A stretch of DNA of 64,000 nt from an uncultured Alphaproteobacteria bacterium (GCA_964455525.1 CAYVWR010000003.1:323475-387474); one strand, 5' to 3'. Shown: positions 56,101 to 62,950, counted from the first letter of the stretch. Made by a program: numbers and translations. Notes: generated from the sequence alone by a model not told the origin.

Positions 56101-57007
56101 GATGTTCGATCCATATCCGATGATACGGGTAGGCGATCCCGGCGATGGGAGAACCGTTCGTTTCACCGATTTTACGCTCGATGGAGCATCGAACAACATC
56201 TACTTCTATTATACACGGGAGATGTCAAATGAGATGGTTTTTGGCGAGCGGAGTACGATCGTAGGTCCTGTACGGCTGATCAACTCGATGCCGCCTGCTG
56301 CTCCGGCCATCACAAGGATTGCAGGCCAGTCGCCGAACCCATTGCTTGATCTGCAAGCGCAGGTTTCCTTCGAGATCGTGCCATACCCGCCGGGTGAGAG
56401 GATCGAGAAGCTGGGGGTCTACCGTGCTCTCTCCGAAGTGGATACGCGCAGTCTGGCGCTGATGCGCCATGTCGGCGATATGGACATTCCGCCAGTCGGC
56501 ACCATCCAGCAGCGATATACGGTGGTGGATCGCTTCCAAAACGAGGCTATTCCCTTCGGGCGGCTGCTCTATTATCGCATTGTGGCGTACAGACGTATTC
56601 TCAACGAAGAAGGGAATGTGGAGCATGTGATGTCCCTTCCCTCGGACGTGATAATGACAAACATCGTCGACACTGTAAGCCCGGTGGCACCGGCCATTAT
56701 CGTCTCCGATCCTCTGCCGGTTACCGGGGATGCCATCAGCGGTCTGGTTCTGGCATGGTCCCCTACTACATATCAGGGAACCTATGCTCTGTACATGATG
56801 ACTTCCGGTGGCAACTGGATGAAACTGAAGGACTATGCTCCTGATGACGAGCTGGCATATGACTGGGCAGAGGAGAACCCGGACAATGCAACGCTACCGG
56901 CATTTCGTAACGGCAGCAGGGTCTATCACCGGTTCAAGGTGATGGTGAAAAATTCCTCCGGTCTGGTGAATCTGGAGGATACGGTAAAGCTTGTCCATGC
57001 GCCATAG
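47153..57007 (+). CDS. Giant protein (3,284 aa) of unknown function. The N-terminal ~1,700 aa is built from at least 8 copies of a ~130-aa Cys/Trp helical repeat, and the C-terminus has FN3/Ig-like beta modules.
   Basis: Repeated motifs: CAAWQTLLNCFCRFC, CAEWSRILSCLNRIC, CDRWLPMLECLGAIC, CARWVPLLACLHAAC, CHDWMRILECLSRLC, CLRWLDLLRCLCALC, CGYWQPKLECLMNLC and YRDTWLDLLGCLCAIC. FN3-like tyrosine corner LLYYRIVAYRRILNEEG near the C-terminus. Confidence 0.65.
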   Translation: MSQQQSIVLSFSNIEYQGGFVGNNFTITIQVAAARSGGGSLGTESTLISLPITQDTNLDHYRIAMAVPYQPAVTTIFTVDISITGTGSGASSSGSAQSSIPLSAGISSRSDVIAVPVARTGGGPGPGPGGNAILKLSFDTIVRDAPVCYRMDWLCQTRNTIPVVMGWLCQGTGFTVSPDGPAFSGLQSVIELDALLKKHMPGLNWLNSQLSLGYSPTGPDMMGQADYATSITLAAAPQAMSLSLSQAHGLSGFYQDFTTKIGNYAGEVYHRLPQPEPTLCAAWQTLLNCFCRFCTTMSDYPSQDVDLWTNQAAGVVHDAYQEFVLIAAAEGMAYAINPNITDICGKLAELVGFWAWWCRNCPRLQITWGSTVQPYYDSLYSIASQMSFWDEADQFDFCEPLAKGLCERWFAGLGCIERLCDRMDYLPGTVLTTLENSFGAILYAALYGVEYNQTSSQGTSFCFQIERLKLYLGLVCSSGSILGDDRREELETLIGQLEDAYGSFPYRNLCAEVDCAEWSRILSCLNRICQRKSELSLNDAIWLSDHFAEIVDDLYYAVESLMTPATPPSSGGNGLELMCWKLDRIGGYVEAICCSGEPFDPVLNARLSMFQSAFADLNLHAPGICADCDRWLPMLECLGAICDNKGMVPPDLAESIAELFSPPIHAIYTWLPDDGSNEVAPPLEPLGLDPLCWRLQKVLAWFNDLCAGTEVMDPVLRQNLEAAHFTLTVAFDALGEVEKWRNICDQTSAVSGELCARWVPLLACLHAACGNALLPSAMRDAILAEFGEIIDLLDWLLGTPDGYYEPPIEISMSDFCMKLARVQQKIHQICSNQIAVHPILLLRLEHELEHALPAFNTLLAAYPSICAGEEFCHDWMRILECLSRLCGQQNLLGGDLIARLITNFGKIIHDAYRRVMGQEPEVIPGYTIEILCSDASALLEWFVDYCGCGVGITAGLRDDLSVYLAQLQLAYDGLHPCKSDCATTSVDLTTGTQPGGYKVDWIITDTSLAISLPRPAIDIDGPSAPYQGSAWVFAVGDDVQVPDGMTILDRYFCLRDAADITVDLLFQASDPVLIWINDQLLVDLLDEGSIVRQTVHLAAGRHRVRVKVVHAVPGYHKGFNAQGSITTSLPALVRDECCDAMGASVPGTLLKKLCCDSWIDCGRLYEFSALARILCGASREPNDPFFDLPSIGVANTLMVDFEATTLQDLLVLLEINGNPPLGIEPVGTGFCDRLRFILQNLIFAYSNPALLTPLLRYRIECFYTRLLDGIAADAELLIDPPADCSPCEDICLRWLDLLRCLCALCADEESVAIGLFETLVCGANGLYNYLYPGGSAVPVPVYPVPYPPEAPVTCCDIVRRTYTFFALLCLECGSVPADMAAELELRYADFHAQLQVLRATSQGTAPDLCYDRCGYWQPKLECLMNLCLRVPDLPSDVRDAFGDLLSRHVRPLFDLLRGEASFDNPFEPHVIGDTCWQLFQICRMMHLHCSPLNLWSRDLMQEIDGFRHAFDADYAVVMSLLGTKDIPACYFRDRSCEVLQAIPDFYRLFCSDVPDLQHMPVRQLDTLTAGHGLEIRMLQYHTGAPNTAYQTAGGFCQRFGSFLGILAAAFGHYGQLAPAYRLAADLLYTAVDILAAEYRMLVPERVVPASTAMSRYRDTWLDLLGCLCAICGYVKGLSDQEKETQENQEILSYFDPVSALMMAVDELYDGIVPLAAQHDLPLPSGICVAGDGCTRVGGAMSFFSMLGLSSADVPADLVALLKSILKDLREEIAPLRGYLASIGRDLCRQENPDFVAVQSSHLYIQAAGSTGADGSSPGIHLRWSLLGEDLGERHLPKGNLASPGSEYYGANGYNKAGDFVRIYRTPYKQKFAAIIDLNETMPVAVIPGNAYTPWRLDYHDILTDPLFPDSGTTVGLLLLDPYAGSIEIPEPGSPDFTEYVQDIFATYNGAFELDTPLKLIFGFEVIPPHSATGISTQFEAISHIGDPSLHSTDILTCRKTIAEGDKPHKIYSEHIRSVRFKPVNYKPVQLIVETYHDYHTAIKRRFLWEHIGDFGLSTDTGEVFRRLEDAPRYVVHNRWPKYSSSDSSSNEATPQKVNVDTYKDRWSPNREFLPNGDPNPGYDPARPDYLRDPQQSLRWAIETYLDESRDPAKLEAWIDQPSLGDGDQSYISISLLAMLRFAAQDYHVARMLGLGHIDWEVPMQQDSSEQQYVYLAEYITLPNSTMPNSMIHRSLSLPTGRSDHRLPVTPEILNLEPGLASDLTDEQGYTRFGDSRFIKVNRKDLMFDLPAVTEFFAGTEEFSRGDNTRPVFYGVKFSVKDPADPTVWMIDPSNDAGENPPIGYRPYKDPAGEPEIIPVPDTGNPLFIHRIERREEHTGVHRYGMYGINWFSRASAVSESTNTVENTFPVRNTLLPPLNLTAQYIQKEQALMFTSAAEQNPVNGLLGKSRVTFDWNHIHTIAYQEAEYVDFYFRNTAPEMIKGRVKYVESALDGATARVTLEAYQESQGTIIDPNDPDKPVFQNPDRFVGGMFVTDQRKYIVADIILVLSGPAAPVAVFELQGVMEATPDGPPGAMLPVLPVAGTIVVIQENASASSRWTALPENRIKLARFNIAPYASGTSGSPTALYSESIRENDRYVRYAMGGLADPAVSVQRDSTPGMLENIFTLTFSSAVLYPYSAQFPEYSNVDFYKGTARVHLPDEGVRQVEVLKIHSYDPLVLYVYDPEGEIAPQNGSVIRSVNFHPSYRVYLDLGADGITTDDIEPQGGAQTRTTLLAARSVDTTTCAGAIFRSPLATAPHSARLMIEAKTPNDPVGPEFATRPDYYGKSTYTFDTRIALRPVMEPYGMMFYRCDEQAVLAALYTSATIAEIGAALAGREGEASYADRWRGLVNGTLVGGAFEIFDGYGFPLPDNPDTFIPTPANPSTLRYPFLSGTPTAEDIRDVIDTVFLPLTEYPVIVGLVGIDDTLRTSSKKPVIRKDDPMFDPYPMIRVGDPGDGRTVRFTDFTLDGASNNIYFYYTREMSNEMVFGERSTIVGPVRLINSMPPAAPAITRIAGQSPNPLLDLQAQVSFEIVPYPPGERIEKLGVYRALSEVDTRSLALMRHVGDMDIPPVGTIQQRYTVVDRFQNEAIPFGRLLYYRIVAYRRILNEEGNVEHVMSLPSDVIMTNIVDTVSPVAPAIIVSDPLPVTGDAISGLVLAWSPTTYQGTYALYMMTSGGNWMKLKDYAPDDELAYDWAEENPDNATLPAFRNGSRVYHRFKVMVKNSSGLVNLEDTVKLVHAP

Positions 57008-57331
57008 AGTAGCTCTCCGCATCAGGCACCCGCATGCTCGGTTGGTTCCCGATGTCGATATCAGAACCGCTTCGATCCATCCAATGGCCGGGGCGGTTCT
57101 TCATTGTATCGGCGTTCGCCCGGCTGTAGCTCTGCTCTTCATGGCTACAGCCCTTCGGTTCATGCGGGCAGATTCAACGGTTCAACAATGTTTTCATAGC
57201 TTGAGGGCTGGTGGCTTCTTGAAGAGACCGATGTACGGACTACTGTGCATGAGGGCACTTCCGGCAGACTGGTGCCGGCCGCGGCACATCGTTTCCCTGG
57301 CAATATTCAAACCCTAATCGTCGATACAACA

Positions 57332-58864
57332 ATGAGTGGTACTACCTCCCAAGCCCGGACGCTCGGTGAATTGAAAGCCTCGGGGTATAAGATCCTTCCG
57401 GTCAAGGATGAGATGCGGAAGAATATCATCCGCAAGCTTCGGAACCGGGAGACGCTGTTCCCCGGCATCGTGGGGTTCGACGAGACCGTGATTCCACAGC
57501 TTGTCAATGCCATCCTCGCCCGGCATGATATCATCCTGCTCGGGTTGCGCGGCCAGGCCAAGACACGTATTGCCAGGTTGCTGCCAAATCTTCTGGATGA
57601 GTATATCCCGATCGTGGCCGGCTCCGATATCAACGATAATCCATATATGCCCGTGAGCCGCTATGCTGCCGAGATCATCCGCGATCGGGGCGATGATACC
57701 CCGATCGAGTGGATTCATCGTTCGGAGCGCTACGGCGAGAAGCTTGCGACGCCCGATGTAACCATTGCCGACCTGATCGGCGATATCGACCCTATCAAGG
57801 CGGCCAACCAGCGTCTTACCTACTCGCACGAGGGGGCGATCCACTTCGGCATCGTGCCGCGTACGAACAGGGGCATCATTGTTATCAACGAGCTTCCCGA
57901 TCTTCAGCCTCGTATCCAGGTGGGCCTGTTCAATATCATGCAGGAAAAGGATATCCAGATCCGAGGGTTCAACGTGCGCATGCCGCTCGATATCGCCATC
58001 ATCTTTACGGCAAACCCGGAGGATTATACCAACCGAGGTTCCATTATCACACCGCTCAAGGATCGTATCGATTCGCAGATCCTGACGCACTACCCGCGCA
58101 CGCTGGAGGATGGGATGCTTATCACCCGCCAGGAGGCCTGGCAGGTACGCGAGGCCGATGGAACGCTGGTGATGCCGAAGTATATGGAGGAGATCGTCGA
58201 GATGGTGGCGGTGCAGGCGCGGCAGTCCGAGTTTGTCGATCAGCAGTCCGGCGTATCAGCACGTATGACCATTGCGACGATGGAGTCGCTTATCTCGAAT
58301 GCTGAACGCCGTGCCATCATCAATGGCGATGATGCGGTGGTGCCAAGGATCATTGATATGCAGCAGGCCCTGCCGGGAATTACCGGCAAGGTGGAGCTGG
58401 TGTTCGAGGGAGAGCAGGAGGGGACCGCCAAGGTGGCCCGGCTTCTTGTGAACAAGGCCGTGCGCGAGGTCTTTGCGCTGTATTTCCCGAACCCGCTTGA
58501 GCGTCCTCGCCGTTCCGGTGAGAAGGGAGCCGCACCTCCGGCCGATCCCTATGCCACGATATTGAAGTGGTTCGGAGAGGGCAATACGATCGATCTGGAT
58601 GATATGATGGCGTTCGATGCCTACTATCGTGAGCTGGAGCGGGTTCCTGGGCTACGCGATCTCACGGTTCAGTATCTCGGCATCTCCCCATCGAATCCGT
58701 ATGAGCTTGCCACGGGGATGGAGTTTGTGCTCGATGGATTGCATCAAAGCTCGAAGATCGCAAAGGAAGAGTTTGTCACACATACAAGCTACAAGGATAT
58801 GCTCGGCGCGATCTTCACATCGAAACGTGGCCGCCCGGACGATGAGGAGGAGAACGAGTTCTGA
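57332..58864 (+). CDS. BchI/ChlI (Mg-chelatase I subunit)-like AAA+ ATPase with non-canonical Walker A and Walker B motifs and an extra ~200-aa acidic C-terminal domain.
   Basis: Alignable by eye to BchI: FPGIVGFDETVIPQLVNAIL (against F.AIVGQEE.K.ALLL), GLRGQAKTRIARLLPNLL (against GDRGTGKST.IRALA.LLP), NRGIIVINELPDL (against NRGILYVDEVNLL), and arginine-finger region FTANPEDYTNRGSIITPLKDRI (against GNPEEGELRPQLLDRF). Confidence 0.7.
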   Translation: MSGTTSQARTLGELKASGYKILPVKDEMRKNIIRKLRNRETLFPGIVGFDETVIPQLVNAILARHDIILLGLRGQAKTRIARLLPNLLDEYIPIVAGSDINDNPYMPVSRYAAEIIRDRGDDTPIEWIHRSERYGEKLATPDVTIADLIGDIDPIKAANQRLTYSHEGAIHFGIVPRTNRGIIVINELPDLQPRIQVGLFNIMQEKDIQIRGFNVRMPLDIAIIFTANPEDYTNRGSIITPLKDRIDSQILTHYPRTLEDGMLITRQEAWQVREADGTLVMPKYMEEIVEMVAVQARQSEFVDQQSGVSARMTIATMESLISNAERRAIINGDDAVVPRIIDMQQALPGITGKVELVFEGEQEGTAKVARLLVNKAVREVFALYFPNPLERPRRSGEKGAAPPADPYATILKWFGEGNTIDLDDMMAFDAYYRELERVPGLRDLTVQYLGISPSNPYELATGMEFVLDGLHQSSKIAKEEFVTHTSYKDMLGAIFTSKRGRPDDEEENEF

Positions 58865-58979
58865 GGCATGGAGCTGAGGTATGAGCCATGCCTGCGGCGC
58901 GGCGATGTTTCCGCCCCGGCATGCATCCCCTTACCCCTGCCGGGCGGTTTATGCCGGATGTCCGGTTCAAACATAAAAA

Positions 58980-59033
58980 CGCCCGTCGCTCATGGCATCC
59001 ATGCCGTGTGAGCGACGGGCGTTCGTATTCTTG
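58980..59033. terminator. Bidirectional rho-independent terminator lying between the convergent AAA+ gene and argD.
   Basis: Perfect 13-bp stem CGCCCGTCGCTCA...TGAGCGACGGGCG around a 16-nt loop. On the minus strand it is followed by TTTTTATGTTT, and on the plus strand by TTCGTATTCTT. Confidence 0.7.
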
Positions 59034-59085
59034 TATCGTGCCCTGAATCTCGTGCCCTGATACGGTTGTGATGGCCGGTAAGAGA

Positions 59086-60273
59086 TCAGGCTGCGCCTAT
59101 TCTTGCCTCCAGAAAACACTCCCGCAACGCACCTTCCAGCTCCATGATATGCTCCTCCTGGAAGATCAGCGGCGGCACCAGGCGTATCACCGTCTCATCG
59201 GTTGCGTTGACTATCACATGGCGACGGAGCATTGCATCGACGAACGGCGCCGAGGATATGGCCAGCTCAACGCCAACCATGCCGCCGCTTCCGCGAACGT
59301 CGGCGATAAGATCGGGAAACTCGTTCTGAAGCCCCCGCATTCGCGCCAGCAGCAGCTCGCCCGAACGGCGTGCGTTCTCCATTGCCCCATCGTTCAGCTC
59401 ATCCAGCACGGCGCTTCCGGCAGCGCAGGCTATCGCGTTGCCGCCGAAGGTGGTGCCATGTTGTCCGCTTCCCCAGACCGTTGCGAGCTGTTCGGTTGCA
59501 AGGATCACGCCGAGCGGAAGGCCGCCGCCGATCCCCTTTGCCATCGTGACCAGATCCGGCCGGACATTATAGCGTGTGAACGAGAAGAAGTCGCCGGTGC
59601 GGCCGCCGCCCCCCTGGATCTCGTCGGCGATAATCAGGAACCCATAGCGGTCGCGCAGTTCCAGAATCGCCTCGACAAACGCCGGATCGGCCCAGCGAAC
59701 GCCCCCTTCGCCCTGAAGAAACTCCAGGACGACGGCGCAGGTCTGCTCTGCAACACCTGCACGAAGCGCCTCGATATCGTTGAACGGAAGCACCACCGTA
59801 TCCGGCAGGAACGGTCCCATGCCATCTTTATAGCGGGGTTTGTCCATAATCGAGAGAACGCCATAGGTGCGGCCATGAAATCCGCCGGTGAAGCCGACGA
59901 TCTGGCGTTTTCCCCGTTCGTTGCCATAGGCGCGGGCAAGCTTCATCGCACCTTCGTTTGCCTCGGTGCCGCTGTTCGAGAGAAATGCACGCTGGTAGCC
60001 GCTTGCCGCCGACAGGCGCTCCACAAACTCGATCTGCGCATCCTGATAGAAGTAGTTCGACAGGTGCATATAGCGGGCAAGCTGTCGGCTGACTGCCTCG
60101 ATCACGCGTGGATGCGAGTGACCGAGCGAGTTGACGGCGATGCCGCCGAGGAAGTCCAGATATCTGGTGCCATCGGTGGCATACACGTACATACCTTCAG
60201 CGCGATCGACCTCGATGGGAAGGCGCTTGTAGGTTTGCAGAAAATGGGCATGCTCGCGCGCGATCAGGGACAT
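59086..60273 (-). CDS. argD: Acetylornithine aminotransferase (class III PLP-dependent aminotransferase).
   Basis: MSLIAREHAHFLQTYKRLPIEVDRAEGMYVYATDGTRYLDFLGGIAVNSLGHSHP...LSNSGTEANEGAMKLAR is an ArgD/class-III aminotransferase signature. Length 395 aa. Confidence 0.85.
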   Translation of the reverse strand: MSLIAREHAHFLQTYKRLPIEVDRAEGMYVYATDGTRYLDFLGGIAVNSLGHSHPRVIEAVSRQLARYMHLSNYFYQDAQIEFVERLSAASGYQRAFLSNSGTEANEGAMKLARAYGNERGKRQIVGFTGGFHGRTYGVLSIMDKPRYKDGMGPFLPDTVVLPFNDIEALRAGVAEQTCAVVLEFLQGEGGVRWADPAFVEAILELRDRYGFLIIADEIQGGGGRTGDFFSFTRYNVRPDLVTMAKGIGGGLPLGVILATEQLATVWGSGQHGTTFGGNAIACAAGSAVLDELNDGAMENARRSGELLLARMRGLQNEFPDLIADVRGSGGMVGVELAISSAPFVDAMLRRHVIVNATDETVIRLVPPLIFQEEHIMELEGALRECFLEARIGAA

Positions 60274-60436
60274 GGGCGGATACGGTTATAAAAGAATGAA
60301 TGATATGGAAGACAAGCGGCCGTGGCTGGCACATGCCCGCCAGGTTCCGGTGTTGCTTCCTCCCCCGAACGACAAACCCCTAACCTCGGGATGTGCGAGG
60401 GTAGGGGCCTGTAAAAACTGCATCAGGAAGAGCCAA

Positions 60437-60532
60437 CTACCGGTTCTTCTTCTTATGACGATTCTTGCGGAGTCTCTTCTTCCGCTTGTGCGTGGCCATC
60501 TTATGGCGCTTCCGCTTCTTGCCACAGGGCAT
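60437..60532 (-). CDS. Unannotated 31-aa, extremely basic small protein (MPCGKKRKRHKMATHKRKKRLRKNRHKKKNR), ribosomal bS22/THX-like.
   Basis: ATG at 60530-60532 (minus strand) to TAG at 60437-60439. About 65% Lys/Arg/His. Pattern KKRKRHKMATHKRKKRL resembles bS22 (KKRRKRMSKKKHRKLL). It is below the 60-aa cutoff of the ORF track. Confidence 0.45.
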   Translation of the reverse strand: MPCGKKRKRHKMATHKRKKRLRKNRHKKKNR

Positions 60533-60668
60533 TTGCCGGCTCCTTTGAGATGTATGGTACCTGTTTACTACGGATTAGATTCAAGAGCTTCAAATATAAG
60601 AAAAAGCGGCCATGTAATCGCAACCGCTCAATTGATTTGATAGCGGTGCGGCGGCGGCCATTGTGGCG

Positions 60669-61616
60669 CTACCGTGCAGCGGCGCCTGTGCTATCGCCCA
60701 GTGCGCCGGTTTGCACGCCGTGCAGGATCTCCGATGCAAACTGTCCCGGACGGGAGTTGGGGTCGAGCTGGACGGTGCGCTGGAGCCAGTAGAGCGTGCT
60801 GTCGCGATCCCGTTTGGCGATATACATCATCGCAAGGTTGTACACGGCGTTCTGGAACGTGGGATCGATCTTCAACACCTCGTGAAGCTTGGTGATGCCG
60901 CTATCCAGACCGGCGGTGCTCGCTATGGAGAACGCCATATCGGTGCGTGCGGACAGGTTCTCCGGGTGCGCCCGGACGTAGTCCTGATAGAGCGGGATAG
61001 CCTCGGCGTGCCGGTCCACATCATAATAGAGGTTCGCCAGCTTCAGCTTCGCTGCCAGATCGGCCGGGTTTGCTGCCGCCTGCTTCTCTGCCTCGGCGAT
61101 CTGCTGTTGTTGCTGAGGGGTAAGCTGGGGGGCGTTGGTTGGAGGATGCCCATGCGGCATTGCTCCGTTGGCCCCTCCCGCCTGGGACGGCGGCATCGGC
61201 GGGCCGGTCTTCTCCTCCGGGGTCGATGCCAGAAGAGCTATCCCGCCAATCACCACGGCCACCACGGTTGTCAAGAGGTAATCCCGTGCCGCCGATGATG
61301 GTATCGGTCGGCGTGCCATGGCCGATGGCAGAGGGGGCGACGTAGGTGCTGCCGTGGCCACAGGGCTGCCACAGATGATGCATTCAGATCGACCCGGCTT
61401 GTTTTCCGCGCCGCAATCGGCACAGATGATCGTTTCAGACCGATCGGTTTGTTCCTTTGAGGTAGGGGCCGGGGTGGGGCGCCGTTCGGCCGTGGTCTCG
61501 GTCTGCTGTGTGGGGAGCGCATCGCTGCGACCATCAAGCAGCCGTTCGCCGCAGGTCTGGCAGAGTGCCGCCTGATCCTGAACGTTGCTCCCACAGCTCG
61601 GGCAATGTCTACTCAT
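60669..61616 (-). CDS. Membrane-anchored protein with two N-terminal zinc-ribbon motifs and C-terminal TPR repeats.
   Basis: CPSCG...CQTCG and CADCG...CIICG motifs. TM segment LLTTVVAVVIGGIALLA. TPR-like KLANLYYDVDRHAEAIPLYQDYVRAHPEN and AVYNLAMMYIAKRD. Confidence 0.55.
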   Translation of the reverse strand: MSRHCPSCGSNVQDQAALCQTCGERLLDGRSDALPTQQTETTAERRPTPAPTSKEQTDRSETIICADCGAENKPGRSECIICGSPVATAAPTSPPLPSAMARRPIPSSAARDYLLTTVVAVVIGGIALLASTPEEKTGPPMPPSQAGGANGAMPHGHPPTNAPQLTPQQQQQIAEAEKQAAANPADLAAKLKLANLYYDVDRHAEAIPLYQDYVRAHPENLSARTDMAFSIASTAGLDSGITKLHEVLKIDPTFQNAVYNLAMMYIAKRDRDSTLYWLQRTVQLDPNSRPGQFASEILHGVQTGALGDSTGAAAR

Positions 61617-61923
61617 CGTTCTTCTGTTCCTTTGCCGAGGATTTGATTGCCCTGTCCACAAGATCTCTCAGTTCCCGCGAGACCTTGAAATGAGGGACAA
61701 ATTGACCGTCGAGATCGACGACTTCCCCGGTACGGGGATTGCGGCCGATCCGGGGGGCACGTTCTTTGATACGAAACGTCCCGAAGCCTCTGATCTCCAC
61801 ATGTTCTTCGTGGCAGAGCGCTTCGGCAACGGTTTTCAGGAAACCGTCGATCACAGCCTCGGTTTCCAGTTTTGTAAGCCCTGTTCCGTCCGCTACACGG
61901 TCTATGATATCCGATTTTGTCAT
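61609..61923 (-). CDS. HU/IHF-family nucleoid-associated DNA-binding protein.
   Basis: MTKSDIIDRVADGTGLTKLETEAVIDGFLKTV...VEIRGFGTFRIKERAPRIGRNPRTGEVVDL is the classic HU/IHF arm signature (GFGxF...R.GRNP.TGE). Confidence 0.8.
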   Translation of the reverse strand: MTKSDIIDRVADGTGLTKLETEAVIDGFLKTVAEALCHEEHVEIRGFGTFRIKERAPRIGRNPRTGEVVDLDGQFVPHFKVSRELRDLVDRAIKSSAKEQKNDE

Positions 61924-62077
61924 AACGCGTAAGATGCAAAACGCATCGCGATATGCAATCGGGTTTGGGGTGGACTGGAGCATTGCAATACATTGTTCCA
62001 AATCGAGAAGCGCGGAATTTTTCTCTATCTTTCGCCGCTCATATCGCATCGTTCATGAATTAACAGCAGAGGAGATC

Positions 62078-62950
62078 ATGCGTTCCTTTCATCTGGCATT
62101 GCCGTTTCTTGCCGCCGGGCTTCTTTCGATCGTCGGCTGTGATAACAACTCCGCTGATGACCACACCACGACCGATACGGCGGCTGCCAATGCGCCGAAA
62201 GAGGTCAGAATCGTCAAGGGAGAGCATGGCCCTGCATTTCCCGATGCAAAGCTTACCGTGATATCTCCGGCTGCCGATGCGGTTATCACTGCCGATAGCG
62301 TTCTTGTTCATGTATCGCTGGCGGGTGTCGATCTTGCCACGCCTACGGCCGGAGAGCAGTCGAAGGGGATCAACTACTCCAAGGACGGGCAGCATATCCA
62401 TGTCATCATCGACGATAAGCCGTATATGGCGATGTACAAGCAGGATAGCTTCTCGGTTGGCGCGCTCGCCGAAGGGGCGCATACACTGCGTGCCTTCCCA
62501 AGCCGCTCCTGGCATGAGAGCATCAAGGTGCCGGGTGCGTTTGTCTCGCATACCTTCTATGTGAAAAAGAAGACCGGCACCCCTGTGCTCCAGGCCGGGC
62601 AGCCGCTGCTTACCTACAGCCGTCCCAAGGGCGATTATTCCGGCGCCGATGCCGAGCGTGTTCTGCTCGATTTTTATGTGACGAACGCAGAGCTTGGTGC
62701 CGACAAGTACAAGGTGGTGGCCTCGGTTGACGGGCAGGTAAAGGATACGCTGGTGGAGTGGATACCGTATTATATCGAGGGGCTTTCCGATGGCGATCAT
62801 ACGGTTCATCTTCAGCTTATCGGGCCGGACAATCAGCCGGTCCCAGGGACGTTCAATGCCGCCGAGCAGAAGATCCGGGTCAACCCGTCCAGCACTGCCG
62901 CCGCTGCTCCAGCCGCTGCCGATACCGGCATGGCGACCATGAATCACTAG
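62078..62950 (+). CDS. Lipoprotein of unknown function.
   Basis: Signal peptide with lipobox MRSFHLALPFLAAGLLSIVGC. Length 290 aa. Confidence 0.5.
   Translation: MRSFHLALPFLAAGLLSIVGCDNNSADDHTTTDTAAANAPKEVRIVKGEHGPAFPDAKLTVISPAADAVITADSVLVHVSLAGVDLATPTAGEQSKGINYSKDGQHIHVIIDDKPYMAMYKQDSFSVGALAEGAHTLRAFPSRSWHESIKVPGAFVSHTFYVKKKTGTPVLQAGQPLLTYSRPKGDYSGADAERVLLDFYVTNAELGADKYKVVASVDGQVKDTLVEWIPYYIEGLSDGDHTVHLQLIGPDNQPVPGTFNAAEQKIRVNPSSTAAAAPAAADTGMATMNH

Noticed and set aside
57332-58864. A vWA/MIDAS partner domain for the MoxR/BchI-like ATPase.
   Set aside because: I scanned the ATPase C-terminus and the giant proteins for a DxSxS...T...D pattern and found no convincing MIDAS motif. No vWA partner is claimed.
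60286-60525. 79-aa minus-strand ORF from the ORF track.
   Set aside because: It is out of frame with, and overlaps, a much better 31-aa poly-basic bS22-like ORF. Its own translation is Arg-rich junk.
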